Assembly: GCA_947628555.1 (NCBI GenBank)
Contig: CANRAI010000001.1
Span: 1-62,639, forward strand
DNA length: 62,639 nt
Source: an uncultured Clostridia bacterium
GTDB taxonomy: Bacteria; Bacillota; Clostridia; Christensenellales; Borkfalkiaceae
Reading direction: 5' to 3'
Shown here: positions 8,423 to 16,319 of the stretch, in pieces
Position numbering within the stretch: position 1 is the first letter of the stretch
How the letters are laid out: every line of letters starts with the position of its first letter
The notes under the pieces: generated by a model
What the model was told of the DNA's origin: nothing
The model's database searches: none
What the model saw: only the letters and a program-made list of their open reading frames with translations
Position numbers and translations under genes: made by a program

Positions 8423-9646
8423 TCACGCCGTCTGTTTATAAACGATTTTCGGCTCAGCCCTGTCGGTAACACATTCCTTGGTTACGATGACTTCCTCGAC
8501 GTTCTTTTCGGAGGGGATTTTATACATGACCGAGGTCATAAAGCCCTCTATTATTGTCCGCAGACCCCTTGCGCCCGTCTTCAAACGTATTGCCGTGTTG
8601 GCAATTTCGCGCACTGCGGAATCCTCAACCGTAAGCTTCACGCCGTCCATTGCGATAAGCTTCTGATATTGCTTGATTATGGCGTTCTTGGGCTGCGTCA
8701 AAATGTTTACGAGCGCGTCCTCCGACAGCGGATGCAGGCTTACTACAATGGGAATCCTGCCTACGAATTCGGGGATAAGCCCGAACTGCGTGAGGTCCTG
8801 CGGCTTTACGTCGGAGAGCATTTCGTAAATATTTTCTTCCGTGTTCTTTACCGTGCCGCCGAAGCCGAGAGAGGTGTTGTCCCTGCGCTTCTGCACGATT
8901 TTGTCGAGCCCGACGAACGCTCCGCCGCATATAAACAGAATATTCGTGGTGTCTATACGCAGACACTCCTGCTGGGGATGCTTTCTGCCGCCCTGCGGGG
9001 GCACGTTGGCGACGGTGCTTTCGATAATCTTCAAAAGCGCCTGCTGGACGCCCTCGCCCGAAACGTCGCGGGTAATTGAAACGTTTTCGCTCTTTCTTGC
9101 GATTTTATCTATTTCGTCGATATAGATTATCCCGCGTTCCGCGCGAGCGATGTCATAGTCGGCGTTCTGGATAAGTTTAAGAAGAATGTTCTCCACATCC
9201 TCGCCGACGTAGCCCGCCTCCGTCAGAGTTGTAGCGTCCGCCGCGGCGAAGGGCACGTTGAGAATTTTCGCAAGCGTGCGGGCAAGCAACGTTTTGCCGC
9301 AGCCCGTAGGTCCGAGGAGAAGTATGTTGCTCTTCTCTATTTCGACGTCGCCGTCCGCGTCCTTATCATTGAGGCAGTTTATGCGCTTGTAATGGTTATA
9401 TACGGCGACCGACAGAACTTCCTTTGCCTCGTTCTGCCCGACGATATATTTATCAAGCTCTTTTTTCAAATCCGCGGGGGGCATTAGGGGTACGGGCGCC
9501 GTGACGTCCGTATCAAGGTCCTTTACCATGTCGCGGCAGATTTCGATACATTCGTCGCATATGCACGCGCCGTTCCTGCCCGCAATCAGCCGTTTTACCA
9601 AATCCTCCGGTTTCCCGCAAAATGAACAATATTTCTGATCTTTCAT
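8423..9646 (-). CDS. clpX: ATP-dependent Clp protease ATP-binding subunit ClpX
   Basis: 407 aa. It has an N-terminal zinc ribbon (CSFCGK...CDECI), Walker A GPTGCGKT and the ClpX IGF-type loop region (LGFG). Confidence 0.95.
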   Translation of the reverse strand: MKDQKYCSFCGKPEDLVKRLIAGRNGACICDECIEICRDMVKDLDTDVTAPVPLMPPADLKKELDKYIVGQNEAKEVLSVAVYNHYKRINCLNDKDADGDVEIEKSNILLLGPTGCGKTLLARTLAKILNVPFAAADATTLTEAGYVGEDVENILLKLIQNADYDIARAERGIIYIDEIDKIARKSENVSITRDVSGEGVQQALLKIIESTVANVPPQGGRKHPQQECLRIDTTNILFICGGAFVGLDKIVQKRRDNTSLGFGGTVKNTEENIYEMLSDVKPQDLTQFGLIPEFVGRIPIVVSLHPLSEDALVNILTQPKNAIIKQYQKLIAMDGVKLTVEDSAVREIANTAIRLKTGARGLRTIIEGFMTSVMYKIPSEKNVEEVIVTKECVTDRAEPKIVYKQTA

Positions 9647-9736
9647 GAAACTCCTGCTCCACCCTTAAAGCTATTGCCGTCGGGCGGAAGGTTTATTCTT
9701 AATTTTTGCACGGTTTCCCACTAACCGCCCGAAAAC

Positions 9737-10333
9737 TTATCTTTTATAGAATACTCTGTCTATAAGTCCGTATTCGAGCGCCTGCTGCGCGGAAAGATAA
9801 TTGTCGCGGTCGGTGTCGCGCTCAATCACCTCAATGGGCTTGCCCGAATTCTCCGCGAGTATCGAATTGAGTTTCTGCCTCGTCCTTAATATGTGCTCGG
9901 CGGCGATTTTTATGTCGCTTGCCTGTCCCTGGGCGCCGCCCAAGGGCTGGTGAATCATAATTTCGCTGTTGGGCAGAGCGAAGCGCTTACCTTTCTGTCC
10001 GCTGGACAGGATGAACGCGCCCATGCTTGCCGCCATACCTATACATATTGTGGATACGTCGGACTTGATATAATTCATCGTGTCGTAAATGGCAAGGCCC
10101 GCGGAAACGGAGCCGCCCGGGCTGTTTATATAAAGGGATATGTCCTTAGAAGGATCTTTCGCTTCGAGATATATAAGCTGAGCCACCACAGTGTTTGCGA
10201 CGGCGTCGTCGATTTCCCCCGAAAGGAATATTATCCTGTCCTCCAAAAGTCTGCTGTAAATGTCGTACGAACGCTCGCCGCGCGAGGTCTGCTCGACTAT
10301 ATAGGGCACAAGCGCGCCTTTGATATCCTGCAT
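9737..10333 (-). CDS. clpP: ATP-dependent Clp protease proteolytic subunit ClpP
   Basis: 198 aa. The catalytic Ser context is GMAASMGA and the His context is IMIHQP. Confidence 0.95.
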   Translation of the reverse strand: MQDIKGALVPYIVEQTSRGERSYDIYSRLLEDRIIFLSGEIDDAVANTVVAQLIYLEAKDPSKDISLYINSPGGSVSAGLAIYDTMNYIKSDVSTICIGMAASMGAFILSSGQKGKRFALPNSEIMIHQPLGGAQGQASDIKIAAEHILRTRQKLNSILAENSGKPIEVIERDTDRDNYLSAQQALEYGLIDRVFYKR

Positions 10334-10344
10334 TATTATCTCCT

Positions 10345-11877
10345 TTAATCTTCTTTTTTAGTCGGCTTTTCCGCCGTTTTTTTAGTAGGTTTTTTTACCG
10401 TTTTTTCGGCTGTTTTCTCGGCTGTTTTGGGAGCCGTTTTGGGAGTCGTTTTTTTAACGGGCTTTTCGGTGGATTTTTCTGCTTTCTCCTTTTTTTCTCC
10501 TGCGGGAGTTTCGCCACGGTTTTCTGCGGGCTTTTCGGAAACCGCCTTCTTCTTGGCGGATTTCTTTTCCTCATTGACGTCGCCGTCAACCAGCTCGTTG
10601 TTGGCTTTCAGGAAGTCGAAAAGCTTGGTAATTACTATATCGTTGGCGATATATTCGAGCTGTCTGGGCTCGACAGACTTTTTGTACTCTTCAAAAGTTT
10701 TATCCACCGATTTTGCCTGTTCTTCGATTTTCGCGTCAATTTCCTCCTGCTCCGCCTTTATTCCCTCGGCTCTTATAATCTTATCGATAATAAGCTGGCT
10801 GAGAACTCTTCTGCGTGCTTCGGTGACGTACTGTGAGCGGAATTCGGGCATTTTCTGGTTGGTGTATTTAAGATAATCGTCAAGTTTCAGGCCCTGGTAC
10901 ATTAAGCGGTAGGAGAATTCCTGTACAATCCTGTCGATTTCCGATTCTATCATCGCGTCGGGGATATCCACCTTTGTGAAGTTGGCGATTTCGGCGAGAA
11001 TGGAGCCTTCCGTTTCGTCCCTGCCGCGGTTTGCCGCCGACTTTTCAAGCCTTTCACGGGTCTTTTTCCTGTAATCCTCAACCGTTTCGCAGCCCGCGTG
11101 CGCCTTTACGAATTCGTCCGTAAGCTCGGGATAGCGCTTTTCGGAAATTTTATTGAGCTTTACAGCGAACACCGCCGCCTTGCCGCGGAGATTGTCCGCC
11201 TGATAAGTTTCGGGGAAGGTGACGTTGATATCGCGCTGCTCGCCGATTTTCATTCCCTCGACCCTTTCTTCAAAGCCAGGGATGAAAGCGCCGCTGCCGA
11301 GTTCCAGGTCGTAGCCGTCCGCAGTGCCGCCCTCGAATTTTTTGCCGTCAACAGTGCCGGAAAAGTCGATATTCACAACGTCGCCCTTCCTGCACTCCCT
11401 GTCGGAGACTTCGGCGGTCTCGGCTGCGCCCGATTGAAGCCTGCGGACTTCCTTTTCCACGTCTTCGTCGGATACATTATACTCATACTTTCTGATTTTT
11501 AAACCCGTGTATTTTTCAATTTCGACTTCGGGTTTTACGGGCACGACCGCGCCCAGCACGACGCCCTTGCCCTCTTCCATACTCTCGACGTTGAGTTCGG
11601 GCTCGCCTACGGCGGTGAAATTGTCCTTCTCCTTTTCGAGAATCGCGAAGTAGTGCTCGTTGTAAAGAGCGTTGAACGCCTCTTCGAAGAATACGCCCTT
11701 GCCGTAATAATTTTCAAGCACGGGCTTGGGGGCTTTGCCCTTTCGGAAGCCGGGCACGGTAAATTTGCCGCGCGTCTTTATATACGCCTTGTTTATGGCG
11801 CTTTCCCACTCTTCCTCGGTGAAGGTGATTGTAAGTTTTACCGTGCTTTTCTCTCCGGTAGTCTGCGTGTAATTCAT
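10345..11877 (-). CDS. tig: trigger factor with a roughly 80-aa Lys/Thr/Ala/Pro/Glu-rich C-terminal tail
   Basis: 510 aa. The N-terminal ribosome-binding motif is GFRKGKAP and the central FKBP PPIase region is PGFEE. The C-terminal low-complexity tail is encoded by 10348-10584. Confidence 0.9.
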   Translation of the reverse strand: MNYTQTTGEKSTVKLTITFTEEEWESAINKAYIKTRGKFTVPGFRKGKAPKPVLENYYGKGVFFEEAFNALYNEHYFAILEKEKDNFTAVGEPELNVESMEEGKGVVLGAVVPVKPEVEIEKYTGLKIRKYEYNVSDEDVEKEVRRLQSGAAETAEVSDRECRKGDVVNIDFSGTVDGKKFEGGTADGYDLELGSGAFIPGFEERVEGMKIGEQRDINVTFPETYQADNLRGKAAVFAVKLNKISEKRYPELTDEFVKAHAGCETVEDYRKKTRERLEKSAANRGRDETEGSILAEIANFTKVDIPDAMIESEIDRIVQEFSYRLMYQGLKLDDYLKYTNQKMPEFRSQYVTEARRRVLSQLIIDKIIRAEGIKAEQEEIDAKIEEQAKSVDKTFEEYKKSVEPRQLEYIANDIVITKLFDFLKANNELVDGDVNEEKKSAKKKAVSEKPAENRGETPAGEKKEKAEKSTEKPVKKTTPKTAPKTAEKTAEKTVKKPTKKTAEKPTKKED

Positions 11878-12025
11878 AATTATCTCCTAATTGCTTTATT
11901 ATATAATTTCGTGTAAAATCAATTTTAACACAATACTTTGATTTTGAAAAGCGTTTTGCCGCGCGTCAATCAATTTACTTTTGAATTTTTTTGCTGTATA
12001 ATGACAAAAAACCTTTGGGGGAAGT

Positions 12026-13705
12026 ATGCCGCAGGACGCATTCACAATCAAATTCGTAGCCGACGAACTGAAAAATCTGCTTACGGGCGGGAAGATTTCG
12101 AAAATCACCCAGACCGACCGCGAAAACCTTACGTTTATTACATACACCCGAAAAGGCACGGTTAAACTCGATATTTGTCTTTCCGCGCGGAGATGCAGAA
12201 TAAGCCTTACCAACTGCGATAAGCCCGTGCCGAAAGTTGCGCCCGGGTTTTGTATGCTTTTGAGAAAGCATCTTGCGAACGCGGAAATAACCGACGTGGC
12301 GCAGATTCCGTTCGAAAGGGTGGTGACGGTAGATTTCGACTGCACTTCCGAATTCGAACGGCTGAAAATGCGGCTTTACGTAGAGATTATGGGCAAATAC
12401 TCCAACGCGGTGCTGACGCAGGACGGCGTGATTTTAGGCGCGCTTAAAACCACGGCGATAGGCGAAAACACCAGACGGGTACTGTTTTCCGGCGTAAAAT
12501 ACGTTTTGCCCGAGCCGCAGGACAAGATACTTCCCGACGATTTGCCCGCGCTTAACAAGGCTCTTTCGATATATACGGGCGACGCGGCGAAGTTTATCTC
12601 CGACAGGGTAAAAGGCGTGGCGTATTCCACCGCCTGCGACATAGCCGAAATTTACGGCGGGCGTCCATCCGCGGAGGACATCAAGGAATTTATCTGCGGT
12701 GAAAAACTTTCCCCCTGCGTGGTTTATGACGGCGGCGTTCCCGTGGACTTCAAGGCCAAAAACGCGGGCGGAAACATCAAACCTTTTCCTACCGTCCTCG
12801 AAGCGCAGAAGGCATTTTACGACTTCGCGTACAAAAGACAGGTTTTCGAGGACGCCGTAAAGGAGCTGACGGGCGCCCTTTCGTCCGCCGAAAAAAAGCT
12901 GGAAAAGCGGCTTCAACAGATACGTGAAAGACTTCTCGACTGCCGAGACGCGGAGAGCGTAAAACTAAAAGGCGAGCTGATAACCGCAAACATTTACGCA
13001 ATCTCGCGCGGCGACGAAAGTTTCGAGGCGGTGAATTATTACGACGAAAAGGGCGGGAAAATCAGGATACCCCTCGACCGCTCCCTTTCCCCCGCGCAGA
13101 ACGCGCAAAAGTACTATAAGCGGTACGCAAAGCTTAAAAGAACGCAGGAAGCCGTCACCGCGCAGAAAAACGAAACGGAGGAAAGGCTGGACTATCTGAA
13201 CAGCATCGGCGCGCACATAAGCACGGCGGAAAATCTTTCCGACCTCGAAGAAATCCGCGAAGAATTGAAGCGCATAGGGCTTATAAAAGAGAACGAACAA
13301 AAGAAGCGAAAACCCGAAATTCTGCCTTTCCGCACCTTTAAAATCCATGGATTTACGGTGCTTGCGGGGCGCAACAACATTCAGAACGACAGGCTTTTAA
13401 AGCGAATATCCCCCGCCGATTTATGGCTGCACACGCAGGGCTACCACTCCTCCCACGTCGCAATTTTAACAGAGGGGCGGGAAGTTCCCGACGACGTGCT
13501 GCTTGCGGCGGCGGAGATATGCGCCTACTATTCTGACGGGCGCGGCGGCACAAAAATCCCCGTGGATTATACGCGGAGGAAGTTCGTCAGAAAGCCCCCC
13601 GCCTCAAACGCAGGATTCGTGACATATACCGATTATAAAACCATACTCGTCGAGCCTAAAAACCACGCCGACGAATCCGAGGAGCATACAGATGAAAAAA
13701 TTTAG
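12026..13705 (+). CDS. rqcH: ribosome quality control protein RqcH (NFACT / FbpA family)
   Basis: 559 aa. It has an NFACT-N domain, a coiled-coil middle and an NFACT-R region (DLWLHTQGYHSSHV). An SD (GGGGGAAG) lies upstream of the ATG. Confidence 0.85.
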   Translation: MPQDAFTIKFVADELKNLLTGGKISKITQTDRENLTFITYTRKGTVKLDICLSARRCRISLTNCDKPVPKVAPGFCMLLRKHLANAEITDVAQIPFERVVTVDFDCTSEFERLKMRLYVEIMGKYSNAVLTQDGVILGALKTTAIGENTRRVLFSGVKYVLPEPQDKILPDDLPALNKALSIYTGDAAKFISDRVKGVAYSTACDIAEIYGGRPSAEDIKEFICGEKLSPCVVYDGGVPVDFKAKNAGGNIKPFPTVLEAQKAFYDFAYKRQVFEDAVKELTGALSSAEKKLEKRLQQIRERLLDCRDAESVKLKGELITANIYAISRGDESFEAVNYYDEKGGKIRIPLDRSLSPAQNAQKYYKRYAKLKRTQEAVTAQKNETEERLDYLNSIGAHISTAENLSDLEEIREELKRIGLIKENEQKKRKPEILPFRTFKIHGFTVLAGRNNIQNDRLLKRISPADLWLHTQGYHSSHVAILTEGREVPDDVLLAAAEICAYYSDGRGGTKIPVDYTRRKFVRKPPASNAGFVTYTDYKTILVEPKNHADESEEHTDEKI

Positions 13706-14033
13706 AAAAGAAACCACGGAAAAGCTTAATACGGACGTCCGCTCGGACGGCAAAGAGAAAACCCGCGCCCGCTTTTATGCGGCTATTGCCGCGCTTACGC
13801 TTTCGGCGGTTTCGCTGGGGCTTGCGTTTTTGCCGAATTACGGAATATATTTTCTTATCGCTTCCATTATGATTGAAATTTCCGCCTTGTCGTTTTTATC
13901 CTCGCAGAAAAAAATCAGCGACTTCAACGCGGTTAAAGTTGTGCAAATAATCGCATACATGTTGCTTTTTTTAAGTTCCGCGCTGTTTTTGGGCGGGTTC
14001 ATCTACTTCCTTATAAACTCTCCGCAAGTATAA
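13692..14033 (+). CDS. small multi-pass membrane protein, unknown function
   Basis: 113 aa with a basic N-terminus followed by 3 predicted TM helices. Its start overlaps the rqcH 3' end by 14 nt. Confidence 0.5.
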   Translation: MKKFRKETTEKLNTDVRSDGKEKTRARFYAAIAALTLSAVSLGLAFLPNYGIYFLIASIMIEISALSFLSSQKKISDFNAVKVVQIIAYMLLFLSSALFLGGFIYFLINSPQV

Positions 14034-14061
14034 AATCCGTCAAATTCGGCATATTCAGTAT

Positions 14062-14421
14062 ATGGACGGAATTTGCGGAGCTGTTCTGAAAAAAATAGAG
14101 GCGCTCGGCAATGTCGGGCGCTATTTTATCGTTTCGGAAGAAGAATTTCTGGAATGTTTCCCCGAAGGCGCGGAACGCAGCGGAACAGAGCTTAAAAAAG
14201 CGCTTGAAAGCCTCGCCGCAGAGGGATTTATCGACGTTAAATATTCGGGCGGCGGAATGTTCTGCGTAGCGCTTATAAAGAATTATGTTCCCGAAGAACC
14301 CGCCGAAACGGAAAAGCGGAAGCCTAATCCCTATTACCCGCTGTTTTTTTACGCGTTTGCGGGCGGCGCGGCGGGGGGCATCGTCACCGCGCTTTTTGCG
14401 CTGTTGTTTTTATTATGCTGA
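14062..14421 (+). CDS. membrane-anchored winged-helix-like protein (paralog 1)
   Basis: 119 aa. The N-terminal roughly 75 aa resembles a BlaI/MarR-style wHTH pattern (...LESLAAEGFIDVKYSGGGMFCVALIKN). It ends in a C-terminal TM helix. Confidence 0.5.
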   Translation: MDGICGAVLKKIEALGNVGRYFIVSEEEFLECFPEGAERSGTELKKALESLAAEGFIDVKYSGGGMFCVALIKNYVPEEPAETEKRKPNPYYPLFFYAFAGGAAGGIVTALFALLFLLC

Positions 14422-14774
14422 GTAAATGCGAAAACGAAGTTATGACGGCAATATATAGCCTTTGCGACGGCACGGAAAGCTGTCTTGTTTCTCCGGCGGA
14501 CATTCTTGCGATAATGCCCGCCAAAAGGCGCGTGGATTACGACGAGCTGGAAGCTATACTGAACACTTTGCGCTGCAACGGATTTTTCGACTTGATTTAT
14601 TCCGAGCGCAAGGGCGAAAGAATGTACGTAATAAATCTGAAAGACAGCGGCTTTGCGTGGAAACGAACTTCAAAACAGAAACAGCGGGATATTTCCTATA
14701 AAATTTTTCTTGCTTTTCTTGGAGCTATTGCCACCTTCGTTTTCGGACTTATATTAAAGGGGCTATTCGGATAA
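14415..14774 (+). CDS. membrane-anchored winged-helix-like protein (paralog 2)
   Basis: 119 aa with the same architecture, alignable to the preceding ORF (...LNTLRCNGFFDLIYSERKGERMYVINLKD plus a C-terminal TM helix). It overlaps its neighbour by 7 nt. Confidence 0.5.
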   Translation: MLSKCENEVMTAIYSLCDGTESCLVSPADILAIMPAKRRVDYDELEAILNTLRCNGFFDLIYSERKGERMYVINLKDSGFAWKRTSKQKQRDISYKIFLAFLGAIATFVFGLILKGLFG

Positions 14775-14848
14775 GCGGCAGTTTTTTACTTCCCGGCAAA
14801 AAAATTTCGTATTCGGCGCCGCAATTTCAAATAATAACCCTTTATAGT

Positions 14849-14877
14849 TTGCTTTTTCGCTACGGATTTGTTAAAAT
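14849..14877 (+). promoter_or_regulatory. putative sigma-A promoter
   Basis: TTGCTT, a 17-nt spacer, then TAAAAT. It lies about 37 nt upstream of the ATG at 14914. Confidence 0.5.
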
Positions 14878-14913
14878 ATTTTCAACCGACAAAACAAAAG
14901 CAGCGGGGTGTAT

Positions 14914-16191
14914 ATGAAACACAAAAAACTTTTTATCGCGTTGATAGCGATATTCAGCGTAATAGTATGTCTTGGGACGTTTGTAATGATTTGGTTCTGG
15001 GGCGACAGCTATCCCGACTTCGAGGACTTTACCGAAGGCGTGGAAATTCCCGGTTTAGACGAGGGCGCCGTACCGCAGGGTATAGCCAACTATACCACTT
15101 CCGTTTACGACAATGAGGGGCAAGCCACGTCCGATTCACAGGATTATCTGTTCGTATCGGCATATATGAAAGAAGGTCCTTCCCGCATTTACGTAACAGG
15201 TTCGCGCACGGGCTATATAGGCTATGTAACTATAAAGAACGAGGACGGGAGCGATTATTGCGGGCACTGCGGCGGAATCGCCACAAGTTGCGTTAAGGGC
15301 TATTCCAACGGCGTCTTGTGGATAACTTCGGAAAACACCGTTTATTGCGCGAAACGCAGTTCCAACAATTACGCAAATATTGCCGAAGAAGTTATAACGA
15401 AAGCCTTAAATTCCTCCCCTGAAAGTGATAATTCTGAAAACGTCATTCAATTCACGGCTTCTTTCAAAGCTAACTGCAACGCCTCTTTCTGCTTTTTCTA
15501 CGATTCCGACGCCGACCCTACCACTTTTAGTACGGCGAGCGACAAATTTTACGTAGGTGAGTTCTATCGCAAAGGAAGCAACGAAACAGACGGCAATCAC
15601 CATGTCACTACAAAGAACGGGACCGAAAATAAAGCTTTTCTTTACGAATACAGCCTTAACTCTTCGTCGGAATACGGACTTACGAAATTGAGTTCGTCTA
15701 ATATCCCGGAAGAGTACCGTGTGCCTAAAATACAATATATATATTCCATTCCTGCCAAAATTCAGGGAATGGCAAGGCTTAGGGATAAATCGTCAACTTC
15801 AAGTACGAGCGCGGGCAAGCTGGCGCTTTCGCAGAGCTGGGGATTGCCCGATTCCACTATCTATTTGTATGACTGGGGCAAAATCCGCTCGAACAGCGCT
15901 TCCTACGGCAGCCTTGTAAATACTACCGATAATGAAGGAAAAGAAGTAGCTGCGGGCTTCGAGTACGAGGGCGTTCTGACCACTTTGGGCAACAGATATT
16001 TCGAAAACCCCACCGTTTATTTCGTTGACGACAGTTCGCTTGTGCGCGAATATTCCGTGCCCTCCATGTCCGAAGGACTATGCGCTTCGGGCGACAGGGT
16101 TTACTTACTGTTCGAATCCGCAAGTTTTAAGTATAAGAATTTTGTACGCCAGCAGATTCGCAACATATACAGCTTTATACCCAGGCAGTAG
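14914..16191 (+). CDS. N-terminally membrane-anchored extracytoplasmic protein, unknown function
   Basis: About 425 aa. A signal-anchor helix (LFIALIAIFSVIVCLGTFVMIWFW) is followed by a Ser/Thr/Tyr/Asn-rich, probably beta-rich domain. I recognise no motif. The ATG at 14914 is preferred over the GTG at 14908. Confidence 0.55.
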   Translation: MKHKKLFIALIAIFSVIVCLGTFVMIWFWGDSYPDFEDFTEGVEIPGLDEGAVPQGIANYTTSVYDNEGQATSDSQDYLFVSAYMKEGPSRIYVTGSRTGYIGYVTIKNEDGSDYCGHCGGIATSCVKGYSNGVLWITSENTVYCAKRSSNNYANIAEEVITKALNSSPESDNSENVIQFTASFKANCNASFCFFYDSDADPTTFSTASDKFYVGEFYRKGSNETDGNHHVTTKNGTENKAFLYEYSLNSSSEYGLTKLSSSNIPEEYRVPKIQYIYSIPAKIQGMARLRDKSSTSSTSAGKLALSQSWGLPDSTIYLYDWGKIRSNSASYGSLVNTTDNEGKEVAAGFEYEGVLTTLGNRYFENPTVYFVDDSSLVREYSVPSMSEGLCASGDRVYLLFESASFKYKNFVRQQIRNIYSFIPRQ

Positions 16192-16221
16192 TAAACCGAA
16201 TCATTTTTCAATTATAAAATA

Positions 16222-16254
16222 ATGAGTTCCGTAATACGGAGCTCATTTCCTTTT
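16222..16254 (+). terminator. intrinsic terminator of the 14914-16191 gene
   Basis: Hairpin GAGTTCCG-TAATA-CGGAGCTC followed by ATTTCCTTTT. Confidence 0.6.
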
Positions 16255-16263
16255 AAAATGAAT

Positions 16264-16294
16264 ATGCGCCTTGAAAGAACTTTTCAAGGCGCAT
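16264..16294 (-). terminator. terminator hairpin closing the long minus-strand gene train
   Basis: 13-bp perfect stem ATGCGCCTTGAAA / TTTCAAGGCGCAT. It lies 26 nt downstream of the stop at 16320 and has A/T-rich flanks on both sides. Confidence 0.6.
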
Positions 16295-16319
16295 AATTTT
16301 CATTTAGTTTTAAACCGTT

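Noticed and set aside
8357-9079. Plus-strand ORFs opposite clpX (8357-9079), oppF/oppD (20630-21343), the TPR gene (52372-53136), hslO (53154-53792) and the SSB/deacetylase region (47164-47961, 47906-48574).
   Set aside because: All overlap confidently assigned genes on the other strand and show no recognisable domains or RBS.
10395-10589. A 64-aa Lys/Arg/Pro-rich ORF in an alternative frame within the 3' end of tig.
   Set aside because: It is an alternative-frame reading of the repetitive tail-coding DNA on the same strand. It has no independent start signals and is an artefact of the repeat.
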